Below, in pieces: positions 55,559 to 64,000 of a stretch of 64,000 nucleotides of DNA. Where the stretch lies: contig OZ244561.1 in NCBI GenBank assembly GCA_965217585.1, forward strand, positions 1,120,001-1,184,000, in the 5' to 3' direction. The notes under the pieces are model-generated. The model did not search any database and was not told the origin of the DNA. It worked only from the letters and a program-made list of their open reading frames with translations. The first letter of the stretch is position 1. Each line of letters starts with the position of its first letter. The translations under genes were made by a program, and so were the position numbers. The DNA is from Candidatus Latescibacterota bacterium. Lineage in GTDB: Bacteria; Latescibacterota; UBA2968; UBA8231.

Positions 55559-58270
55559 ATGATGACGCCTCCGAAGCGGCGCGCCATGTTTCTCCCGTTG
55601 GTGCTCGTTCTTTCCGTTCCGGCGGCATCGGCGTCCCAGGAAGACCCACCGGCTCCCGGGTCCATGATCCGCCGCTCCATTCCGCCTCCGGGCGCGACGA
55701 CCCACCTGGTGATTCCCGGGGAGCGGTTCCGGACCTCCTCGTTTCGGCGCTGGTTCTACGGCAGCAACTACCGCGACCTCTGGACCACGCCGGTCGAGGT
55801 TCAGGTCCTTGACCTCGATCGGGTGGGAGGGGGCCTGACGCCGCTTCGCACCGGCGGCTTCGGACAGTCCATCTCGCTCCACTTCACCGGGCAGGATGGC
55901 CGCCGCTATACGGTCCGTTCGCTAGACAAGGACGCCACCCGACGGGTACCGGACATCGTCAGGAAAACGGTCGTGGGCGAAGTCCTTCAGGACCTGATCA
56001 GCGCGATGCTGCCCACCGGGGCGCTCGTGGTCGATCCCCTGATGGAAGCTACCGGCATCCTCCATTCCAGGCACGCGCTGGTTGTGATTCCGGATGATCC
56101 CCGGCTCGGAGAGTACCGCGCTTCCTTTGCGGGCTTGATAGGACTGTTGCAGGAGCATCCTTCCGAAGGCCCGGACGATACCGCCGGCTTCGCCGATTCC
56201 CGGAAGGTGAGCGGAACCGACAAGCTGTGGGACGACCTCGAAGACGGCCCCTGTGACCGTGTCGATGCCCGAGCCTTTCTCAAGGCGCGACTCATGGACT
56301 TTCTCATCGGCGACAAGGACCGTCATCACGGCCAGTGGCGATGGGCGCGGTTCCCCGACGGGGATTGCCATACCTGGCTCCCGATACCCGAGGATCGCGA
56401 CCAAGCCTTCATTGATTTCGACGGGTTTGCGATGGCGTTAGCGCGCCGAGCGATACCTATCCAGATCCGGTTCGAGGACAGCTATCCAAATCTGGTTGGC
56501 CTGACCATGACCGGTTGGGAGTTGGATCGCGAGTTCCTGGCCGAACTCGACCGGACGGCGTGGGATGCGGTGGTAGCGGAATTTCGTGAGGACCTGCCGG
56601 ATCCCGTCATCGAAGATGCAGTCCGCCGCCTCCCCCTGCCGTACTACGAAGGCGTCGGCGAAGCTCTTGCCAAGACCCTCAAGTCGCGGCGCGACGCGCT
56701 GCCTGATTTTGCCGACCGATACTACGAGTTGATCACTCGCCAGGCCGAAATCCGGGCGACCGACCGGGACGAGGACCTCCACTGCGAGCACCTGCAGAAC
56801 GGTGATCTCGTCGTCCGTATCGGTCTCGCCGAAGGACCCGGGGGAGAAAGAACGGCGCCCTGGTTCGAGCGGACGTTCCACGCCGAAGAAACGCGGGAGG
56901 TCCGCATAGCCCTCCGGGGGGGAGACGACAGCGCGGAGGTATCGGGGACGAACGGACGGATTTCCGTTCGCATCGATGGTGGCGGCGGGGATGACACCTT
57001 CGTCAACGCGTCCGGGGTTGGCGCTTCCAGAACGGCGTTCTACGACTCTCGCGGGAAGAATCGGTTTGTCGAGGGCAACGGAGCGCGAACCGACGAGCGT
57101 CCCTACCGACGCCCGCCCGCCACCCACACGCCCAATGCCAAGTACGCGCTGGATTGGGGCATGCAGGCGTCAACCATCCCGATCGTCGAGGTGGATCGGG
57201 ATCTGGGTGCGTTCCTCAGCATGTCTCACAGCCGGCAGTATTTCGGCTATCGCCGAGACCCGTTCGCTGCACGGCATTCCTTCAGCCTCGGGTTCGCCAG
57301 CAGCGGTCTCAAGCCCATTGCCTCCTATAGCGGCACCTTTCGCCGCCTTCTCCGCGATCTCGACGCCACCGTTCACCTCGAGTACTCCGGTGTCGAGACG
57401 GTCCGTTTCACCGGCTTCGGTAACGACACGCAGCTTCTGGGTTCGTCCGACTTCTACAAGGTGGAACAGAAAATCTTTGTTTTCTCGCCCGCCATCGAGT
57501 TTCGCAGGGAACAGCGTCATGGAGAGGCGCACGCTGGGGGGACAAAACCACGGCGCTCGGAAACAGCGATCAGTCTGGGGCCCATCGTCAAGTACTCCAG
57601 CACGCCACTGGCTGCCAACCAGGACAAATACATCGCTTCTCTGGATCACCCGGTGTACGGCATGGGTTCCTTCGGCCAGGTAGGAGCGCAGGGACGGGTC
57701 GAGTACGACACCCGCAACAATCCGGCGTACCCCACGAGCGGTCTCCTGGTCCGAGGCACCGGAGCCATCTACCCCGGCACCTGGGATGCAAAGTCGGCCT
57801 TTGGCACCGCAGAGGGAGCGGTGCATGCCTACCTGACGGCTCGTATTCCGACCACCCCCACCCTGGCCCTGAGAGCGGGCGGGAAGAAGGTATGGGGGAC
57901 CTTCCCCTTCCACGAGAGCGCCTTCCTCGGCGGGCCCGGCTTTGCCGGTGTCGGCACCTCTGGCGGTCAGGTCCGCGGTGTTCGCAAGGACCGGTTTGCG
58001 GGAGACGCCTCGGTGTATGCAAATGCCGAACTGCGCTTCGCGGTTGCCGCCTTCCGGCTCTTGATGCCGGGAGAGTTCGGCGTGTTTCTTGGCGCTGATA
58101 CCGGCCGGGTATTCTTCGCCGGGGACCGGGCCGACGTCGGCAAATGGCACACCGGCGTCGGGGGTGGATTCTGGCTGTCGTTCCTCCAACGCCGACAGTC
58201 CGTGAGCGTTGCGGTCATGGAGGGCGCTGAAATGACGGGACTGTACGTGCGCGCCGGTTTCCTGTTCTAG
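55559..58270 (+). CDS. Omp85/BamA-family outer-membrane protein with N-terminal kinase-like domain
   Basis: N-domain has 'G..YR..W..PV', 'GG.GQS.SL' and 'D.LIGD.DRH.GQW.W'. The barrel has 'YDTR....P..G', 'LGG....VRG....RFAG' and 'D.GRV', ending in F. Confidence 0.85.
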   Translation: MMTPPKRRAMFLPLVLVLSVPAASASQEDPPAPGSMIRRSIPPPGATTHLVIPGERFRTSSFRRWFYGSNYRDLWTTPVEVQVLDLDRVGGGLTPLRTGGFGQSISLHFTGQDGRRYTVRSLDKDATRRVPDIVRKTVVGEVLQDLISAMLPTGALVVDPLMEATGILHSRHALVVIPDDPRLGEYRASFAGLIGLLQEHPSEGPDDTAGFADSRKVSGTDKLWDDLEDGPCDRVDARAFLKARLMDFLIGDKDRHHGQWRWARFPDGDCHTWLPIPEDRDQAFIDFDGFAMALARRAIPIQIRFEDSYPNLVGLTMTGWELDREFLAELDRTAWDAVVAEFREDLPDPVIEDAVRRLPLPYYEGVGEALAKTLKSRRDALPDFADRYYELITRQAEIRATDRDEDLHCEHLQNGDLVVRIGLAEGPGGERTAPWFERTFHAEETREVRIALRGGDDSAEVSGTNGRISVRIDGGGGDDTFVNASGVGASRTAFYDSRGKNRFVEGNGARTDERPYRRPPATHTPNAKYALDWGMQASTIPIVEVDRDLGAFLSMSHSRQYFGYRRDPFAARHSFSLGFASSGLKPIASYSGTFRRLLRDLDATVHLEYSGVETVRFTGFGNDTQLLGSSDFYKVEQKIFVFSPAIEFRREQRHGEAHAGGTKPRRSETAISLGPIVKYSSTPLAANQDKYIASLDHPVYGMGSFGQVGAQGRVEYDTRNNPAYPTSGLLVRGTGAIYPGTWDAKSAFGTAEGAVHAYLTARIPTTPTLALRAGGKKVWGTFPFHESAFLGGPGFAGVGTSGGQVRGVRKDRFAGDASVYANAELRFAVAAFRLLMPGEFGVFLGADTGRVFFAGDRADVGKWHTGVGGGFWLSFLQRRQSVSVAVMEGAEMTGLYVRAGFLF

Positions 58271-58291
58271 CCGAGGGAAGCGGCGAGGCCC

Positions 58292-58486
58292 ATGTTCAAC
58301 AACAGCCTCGTGCGCCTCGCAGGGTATTACTTCGCGTGGTACCTCGGCCTGTGCCGCTACCGCATCAGCACCCTCAAGAGACAGGACGACAACAAGCAGA
58401 GCAATCGCCCGGCGACGCAGCCATGGACGGATGAAGCGCGCGATTCGGTTCATAAAATCGGATGCTCGTTTTTGCCCTGTTTTTGA
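58292..58486 (+). pseudogene. Probable remnant of a DUF4956-like gene N-terminus
   Basis: 'NSLVRLAGYY' resembles 'NVIVRLVAYY' of 58705, and the similarity is then lost. Confidence 0.4.
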
Positions 58487-58704
58487 CGGGCGTGCTCATT
58501 CAGCGCGTCAAGGGCTTGTTCCCATACCCCGCGTTTAAGCTATAGTACAAACACAGCTCTTTTAACTCAACAGCTTCTAATTAATTGCACACAATTGCGC
58601 TTCAATTTTTTGGTGTATATCTTAGCCGACCGCGGAGCGTTCTGTTCGCATCTGTGATCCCGACGCGACCTGCATTGCGGAAACAGTGGTAAAAGGAACT
58701 GATA

Positions 58705-59721
58705 ATGCTCGACAAAATAACTGAGGGGCTCGACAAAATAACAGATAGGCTCGACAACGTAATCGTCCGTCTCGTGGCTTACTATATTGCCATATCCCTT
58801 TTTTTTGCGAGCATTTTGTTGTTGTTGCCAGACATCTCGATTTACATAACCAAGGGAGAGATGAGTTCCATATTAGCCATTTTGTCATCCCCGCAATTCG
58901 GGGCAGAGTTCGGGCGCTTACTGGAAGAGTCCAGGGTCTCCGGGGCCGATCCGAAGCTGGAACCGGAAGAGATCGAGCGCTTACTGGAAAAGTCCGGTGG
59001 CTTCCACCTCTCGACGTTCGTGCCGATTTCGATGGCACTGCTGTTTTCGTTTTTCTATGCCCTGCCCGTGACTTGGGTGTATCGCTGGACCCGGCCCCGC
59101 AAGAAATACAACCCAGACCTTGTCCATACCCTCCTCGTCGTGCCCATTGCGATTTCCCTCGTCGTTTTTCTCGTCAAGGACAGTATCGCGCTCGCCTTCA
59201 GTCTCGCGGGCATTGTCGCCGCAGTTCAGTTCCGCGCGACATTGAGGGACCCCCTAGATGCCACCTACATGTTCATCGTCATTGGCATCGGATTGTCGGC
59301 TGGTATCGGTATCGGTCAAGTGGCTATTTTGGCCTCGGTGGCTTTCAATGCCGTTGTTTTGGGCATCTGGCGCATGAACTACGGGGCGAAGCCTGCTGCC
59401 CTGTCCGGGTTCAGGCTGGTGCGTCCCGCCAAGTCGTTGCCCGGTGTGAGCGGCACCCAGGCGGGTAAAATCCCCAAATCGTATAATGCCAAGCTCAGGG
59501 TACATACGGCGCAGGTCGAGGCGGCACAGCAGGCCGCTGTTGCGCTCTTGGCGACCTATGCCAAGCGGTGGCGACAGGTGCGGATTGTGCAGCAGGAGGA
59601 CAGCACTGCGATCGTCGAATTTGACGTGCGGCTGAAGAAAACCGCAGATCCGGCCGCCTTCACTAGAGAGCTTGAAAAAAGTACAGAGGGCCATACCGTC
59701 AAAGTGGAGCTGGAATTATGA
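58705..59721 (+). CDS. DUF4956-like membrane protein, full-length copy
   Basis: Same motifs as 53740-54462 and high DNA similarity over the shared part. Confidence 0.8.
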   Translation: MLDKITEGLDKITDRLDNVIVRLVAYYIAISLFFASILLLLPDISIYITKGEMSSILAILSSPQFGAEFGRLLEESRVSGADPKLEPEEIERLLEKSGGFHLSTFVPISMALLFSFFYALPVTWVYRWTRPRKKYNPDLVHTLLVVPIAISLVVFLVKDSIALAFSLAGIVAAVQFRATLRDPLDATYMFIVIGIGLSAGIGIGQVAILASVAFNAVVLGIWRMNYGAKPAALSGFRLVRPAKSLPGVSGTQAGKIPKSYNAKLRVHTAQVEAAQQAAVALLATYAKRWRQVRIVQQEDSTAIVEFDVRLKKTADPAAFTRELEKSTEGHTVKVELEL

Positions 59722-60683
59722 GTGCCCCGAGTAACAACCTCCTGAGCGGGTTTTTGGTCTTCAGCGTTTTGATTTTTATAGCGTCATTGCTCGTGCGGGA
59801 GGACGCGGCAATCGAACCCGTCGTGGACACCGCAGCCGACACCGCGGACAGTTTGGCATCTACATCCTCATTCGCTCTAAGCACGCCGCACGAGGACAAC
59901 CTTACCCTCGCGAGTTACGACCTCAAAAAACCAGCGCGGCGTTTCAAGCTGCCGAAGCAGTGGCGGGAGATCTCCGGCTTGACCATGCTTGGAGAGAACC
60001 GACTCCTCGCGCACGATGACGAAAGGGGCGTAGTATTCGAGATAGACTATCGCGATGGTTCGATTGTAAAGGCGTTTGCACTCAGCGATCAGCTCGATCC
60101 GGTCGCCGACGACTTCGAAGGCATCGCCGCGGCTGAAGGCCGCGTGTACCTCGTTTCGAGTTCAGGGCGGTTATACGAGTTTGTCGAAGGCTCCGATGGA
60201 GAGACTGTTCTCTACAATCTATATACAACCGGAATTGGACGAGACCACGAAATAGAGGGACTCGCCTACGACCCGGACCAACGGGTGCTATTGCTCATCA
60301 GCAAAAACCCCAAGAACCCCGGGCAGACAGGCCTAGTAACGATATGTCGCTGGTCCCTCGATACCAAGCAGCTCGTCGAGGGTGGCCATATCCTCATACC
60401 AGCCGTCGCGCTCTCGAGCCGCACCGACAGCAAGCGATTCCAACCTTCGGGCATCGAGCGGCACCCGGTATCGGGAAACTACTTTGTCGTGGCGGCCCGC
60501 CAGGGCGCCATTGCCGAGATTACCCCAAAGGGACAGGTCCTCGCCGTCGCGGATCTTGCGGCTGATCGGCATCCACAGACCGAGGGCATTGCGTTTACTT
60601 CCGACAATACACTGATCGTATCCGACGAAGGGGTGAGCAAGCGCGCGACCCTGACTTTTTACTCCGTTTCAAAGGGCCGGTAA
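59718..60683 (+). CDS. SdiA-regulated (YjiK-like) beta-propeller protein, paralog 2
   Basis: Closely similar to 54459-55475, with an ATGA overlap. Confidence 0.8.
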   Translation: MSAPSNNLLSGFLVFSVLIFIASLLVREDAAIEPVVDTAADTADSLASTSSFALSTPHEDNLTLASYDLKKPARRFKLPKQWREISGLTMLGENRLLAHDDERGVVFEIDYRDGSIVKAFALSDQLDPVADDFEGIAAAEGRVYLVSSSGRLYEFVEGSDGETVLYNLYTTGIGRDHEIEGLAYDPDQRVLLLISKNPKNPGQTGLVTICRWSLDTKQLVEGGHILIPAVALSSRTDSKRFQPSGIERHPVSGNYFVVAARQGAIAEITPKGQVLAVADLAADRHPQTEGIAFTSDNTLIVSDEGVSKRATLTFYSVSKGR

Positions 60684-60739
60684 TTGCAGGCTTGTCCCGG
60701 CGGACGGAATCTTTGTGGCCACCCAGGCGTTACTTGGGA

Positions 60740-61894
60740 ATGAACTATCCCCAAAAAGCGACGCGCCGGCGCGGTTTAGCGCTGGGGATCGTCTTGCTCT
60801 TGGCGCTGGTCGTGGTCGTAGCAGGTTGCCGGGCGGGGCACCTGCAAGGGGAGAACTACGGTGCCGACGACGAGCCGTACATCCGGCGGGATGTCCCGTC
60901 GGATGCGATCGCGACCAGCGGTCGGGTCGCGTATCGAGTCATCTTGGTCGGAGACACTGGGGAGCCGGTGCCGGACGATCCCACCCTTGCCGCAATCGGG
61001 CGCTGGGCGGCTCCGCAGGAGCGGGCCGCGGTCGTGCTACTGGGGGACAACCTCTACCCGTCGGGGCTTGCAGCCGATGACCGCGCTAGGGGTGAAGCCA
61101 TTTTGCGCCAGCAGCTCGCGGCGACCTCGGCGCTGCGGATTTTCGTGCCGGGCAACCACGATTGGGGCTCTTCACCGCAAGACTGGACGGGAGCGCACGT
61201 CGTCGCGCAGCAGGAATTCGTGCTTGCGTGGCCAGAGGGCGACGTGGACTTCCTACCCCGCGATGGATGCGCCGGCCCAGTCGTGCGCGAGTTGCTCAAG
61301 CCTGGGGATGGGCTGGAGCAGGGGGTCGCGGTCGTCGCCATTGACTGGATGCCTTGGTTCTCACCGGTCGCCGACACTAGCAGGTGCCCGGACGGGGATT
61401 TCGGGGCGCGGATCGACGCGGCCTTCTCGGCCCTAAAGAGGCATTTCGTGATCGTGGTGAGCCACTTTCCGCTGCGCTCGGGCGGCATCCGCGCCGGCTT
61501 CAGCCGCGGGTTCATCATCGACTTCTTCATAGACTTCTATCACCTGCTGCGACCGCGACCGCCCCTCAATCTGTACAATCCGCAATACATGGTCCTCGCA
61601 AAGCAGGTGAAGGACGCGTTAGCAAGACACCGGCCCCTCGTCTATGCCGCGGGACACGATCACAGCCTACAGCTCTTCGAGGCGGACGAAGTCGCTCGGA
61701 TGCACATCGTGAGCGGGGCGGGTTCGGCCGGCAAAGTGTCGCCCGTAACCGCCGTGGCCGGGACGATCTTCGCCCACGCCGTCCCGGGATTCGCGGTACT
61801 CGATTTCGCAATCCACGACGGAGTTGACACCCCAGTCGTACGCATCGTGAGAACTGGGCAGGAAGTGCCCGTGTTCCAGATGCGCATTCCGTAG
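60740..61894 (+). CDS. Calcineurin-like metallophosphoesterase lipoprotein
   Basis: Lipobox VAGC. Motifs 'GDTG', 'LGDNLY', 'PGNHDW', 'SHFP', 'AGHDH' and 'VSGAGS'. Confidence 0.9.
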   Translation: MNYPQKATRRRGLALGIVLLLALVVVVAGCRAGHLQGENYGADDEPYIRRDVPSDAIATSGRVAYRVILVGDTGEPVPDDPTLAAIGRWAAPQERAAVVLLGDNLYPSGLAADDRARGEAILRQQLAATSALRIFVPGNHDWGSSPQDWTGAHVVAQQEFVLAWPEGDVDFLPRDGCAGPVVRELLKPGDGLEQGVAVVAIDWMPWFSPVADTSRCPDGDFGARIDAAFSALKRHFVIVVSHFPLRSGGIRAGFSRGFIIDFFIDFYHLLRPRPPLNLYNPQYMVLAKQVKDALARHRPLVYAAGHDHSLQLFEADEVARMHIVSGAGSAGKVSPVTAVAGTIFAHAVPGFAVLDFAIHDGVDTPVVRIVRTGQEVPVFQMRIP

Positions 61895-61931
61895 CGTGAT
61901 TTCGCGTGACCGGACAATCCGAACCGGGTTT

Positions 61932-64000
61932 CTAAAACATGAATCCGCCGCGCAGGTATATGCCGGTCAAATCCTCGCCCTCCATCATCGCCGCGCTCAA
62001 CGTCGCCCGACGCTTGAGAAACGAGATCCAAAGCCCGCCGCCGCTGCCAATGTGCCAGCCATCGGCCTCCTCCGAGTCGGCGTCGAAGAATACCCGCCCC
62101 GCATCGACGGCGGCGAATGCGCCAAGTTCACCCGGAGACGGGAACCGGATTCGAGTCAGCCGCACCCGGAACTCACCGTTCCCGTAGAGGGCGGACTCGC
62201 CAGCGAAGCGGTCCTCGCGGAAGCCCCGCAGGTTGTCGGGGCCGCCGACCGCGGCGGCTTCGTGGAACGGAAACGCGCCGCGGATGGTTTTGCCGCCCAC
62301 GCGCAGGGCGAGAGTGGGCAGAGTGGGAACGTTGGCTGACAGGTACGCAGATGCGTCGCCGGCAACGTAGCCGAAGGTCGATTCGACGTCCCACAGCTTT
62401 GGGTAGAGTTCGCCGCTGAGCCTGAACCGCACGCCCCGCCGGGCATGGCCCGAATTGTCTCGGGCATCGTAAACGAGTTCCCCGCCGACGCCGATCTGCC
62501 CGAAGGCCTCCGTCCCGTACAGGGGCGTCTCATAGGTGGCGATGAACTTCCCCTTGTTGTCGTGCAAAGGGGTGTCGGTAAACTTGACGAGCGGCCCGCC
62601 GGTCAGAGTCCACATCCCCTGCGACCGATCAGAGACCCAAAGGAGCGTGGGCGCGAAGAGGAACTGCGCCTGCTCCACCTCGTAGAACGACTCGGCACGC
62701 AGGATCTCAACGTCGTTTCCGAAGCCGTTGAAGCGAATCACGTTGAAGCTGGAGTATTCCATCTGAAGCAGACCGTCTAGGTCCCGCAGTAGATGCCGGA
62801 ACTTCCCAGAATAGGCAACAAGGGGTTTGGTTCTCGCGCTAGCGGTGACTCCGAGGTCGAACGAGTGTTGCGACGCATACGGCTTCTTCCGATAGCCATG
62901 GTATATCCGGGTGTAGAACAGCCCGGCGTAGGCACCGAGGTCTGGGCTGTAGCTGACGATCGGCAGCGAAACCGTCTCCCAGCCCCAGTCGATGACGTAC
63001 CTGTCCGTAACCGCCCTCGAGGGAGCCGGCCGCTTGTACGGCCGCTCGTCGATCAGGGCCTTGTGCGCGTCGAAGCGGTTCTCACCGCGAGCGTCGTAGA
63101 ATCGCGTCATCCACCGTCCAGCCCGCGACCGGTTCGCGTAGGTATCGCCGCCGCTGCCGCCATCGACGCGGGCCCTGATCTTAGCCCGCTCTCCGAGGAG
63201 GACGATCTCATCGTCCCCGCCGTGTAGGTAGATCCTGACTTCCTTTGTCTCATGGGGATACAGGGTGCGGCGGAAGTACGGGGCGCTCTGCGTCCCCGCC
63301 AAGCGGATGCGAACCTCTAACTCGCCGTTCTCTCGATGTTCCAATTCGAGGTACTCGTCCTCGTCCGTCCCCTTGATCTCAACCTCTCTGCTAATAAACT
63401 CGTAGTACCGTGCTGCGAACTCGCCGAGATGGTCGCGGCGCGTCTTCAGCGCCCGGGTGAGGAAATCCCCCACCTGCTCGTAGTACGGGTCCGGCAATCG
63501 CCGGACGGCGTCCTCAATCACCGGGTCCGGCAGTTCGGCCTGCACCGTGGTGGCCACGGAGTCCCACGCGCTCCACTCCAACTCGGCCAGTAGCTCGCGG
63601 TCGAGTTCCCAGCCGTTGCGGGGGAGTCCTCGGTGGTCCGGGTACTGCTCTTGAAAGCGGACGTATTTGGGCTCGATCCAGCGCACCAGCTTCATGAGTA
63701 GGCCGTCGAAATCGATGAAGGCTTGGTCCCGGTCTTCGGGGATGGGTAACCACGTGTAGCAGTCTCCGACCGGAAATCGCGCCCAGCGCCATTGGCCCGA
63801 GTGCCGATCCTTGTCGCCGACGAGAAAATCGACGAGTCGCGCCTTGAGATAAGCGCGCGCATCAACTCGTTCGCAGGGCGTCTTTTCGAGGCGCTTGTAT
63901 AGCTTGTCCGTGCCGCTCACCTTGCGGGATCCGGCAAATCCCGGCTCATCGTCGGCCGCTTCGGACGGATGTTCCTGCAAGGTGCCGATCAGCCCGGCAA
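61932..64000 (-). CDS. Second kinase-like/Omp85 protein, 5'-truncated by the window edge
   Basis: Motifs 'GDKDRHSGQWRWARF' and 'LRGFREDRFAG', ending 'GGFMF'. Paralog of 55559-58270. Confidence 0.85.
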   Translation of the reverse strand, partial: AGLIGTLQEHPSEAADDEPGFAGSRKVSGTDKLYKRLEKTPCERVDARAYLKARLVDFLVGDKDRHSGQWRWARFPVGDCYTWLPIPEDRDQAFIDFDGLLMKLVRWIEPKYVRFQEQYPDHRGLPRNGWELDRELLAELEWSAWDSVATTVQAELPDPVIEDAVRRLPDPYYEQVGDFLTRALKTRRDHLGEFAARYYEFISREVEIKGTDEDEYLELEHRENGELEVRIRLAGTQSAPYFRRTLYPHETKEVRIYLHGGDDEIVLLGERAKIRARVDGGSGGDTYANRSRAGRWMTRFYDARGENRFDAHKALIDERPYKRPAPSRAVTDRYVIDWGWETVSLPIVSYSPDLGAYAGLFYTRIYHGYRKKPYASQHSFDLGVTASARTKPLVAYSGKFRHLLRDLDGLLQMEYSSFNVIRFNGFGNDVEILRAESFYEVEQAQFLFAPTLLWVSDRSQGMWTLTGGPLVKFTDTPLHDNKGKFIATYETPLYGTEAFGQIGVGGELVYDARDNSGHARRGVRFRLSGELYPKLWDVESTFGYVAGDASAYLSANVPTLPTLALRVGGKTIRGAFPFHEAAAVGGPDNLRGFREDRFAGESALYGNGEFRVRLTRIRFPSPGELGAFAAVDAGRVFFDADSEEADGWHIGSGGGLWISFLKRRATLSAAMMEGEDLTGIYLRGGFMF

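Noticed and set aside
55559-58270. Housekeeping bamA
   Set aside because: No POTRA repeats are recognisable, two paralogs are present, and the context is not that of bamA.
57170-58453. 427-aa antisense ORF and similar long antisense ORFs across the GC-rich genes
   Set aside because: They lie opposite well-supported genes and show no motifs, as expected from GC-rich codon bias.

Overview
Bacterial, Gram-negative, fairly GC-rich window with no rRNA, tRNA or CRISPR array seen. The protein content (FlgD-Ig/T9SS-like domains, a C-terminal 'STWGKIK' tail, dockerin, ankyrin, TPR-like and collagen repeats) resembles FCB-group candidate phyla such as Latescibacterota or Poribacteria, often host-associated. 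That assignment is inference only. Layout: (1) 1-10.5 kb, an array of exported or surface proteins, several with a shared leader, ending in a giant collagen/TolB-propeller lipoprotein. (2) 10.7-16 kb, a five-gene operon: ExbD/MotB-like-anchored vWA protein, MotA/TolQ channel, FHA protein, PP2C phosphatase and a membrane Ser/Thr kinase with ankyrin repeats. (3) 16-31 kb, assorted metabolic genes, an enolase-family remnant and a RelE/ParE-type toxin-antitoxin pair. (4) An ECF sigma factor fused to a two-domain beta-sliding-clamp-like module. (5) An MpaB/Lcp-like oxygenase with MMPL, LolA-like and barrel genes, a nonsense pseudogene with a structured leader, and a 404-bp element bounded by inverted repeats that carries a passenger gene. 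(6) 41.9-52.7 kb, a six-gene envelope operon: TWG-tail protein, lipoprotein, three paralogous discoidin/FlgD-Ig proteins and a large putative barrel. (7) 52.7-64 kb, a duplicated and rearranged DUF4956 / SdiA-regulated propeller / kinase-like-Omp85 / metallophosphoesterase locus. The best candidates for undescribed systems are the sigma-clamp fusion, the stator-vWA phospho-signalling operon and the 41.9-52.7 kb envelope operon. All family calls come from motif recognition by eye; no database search was run.
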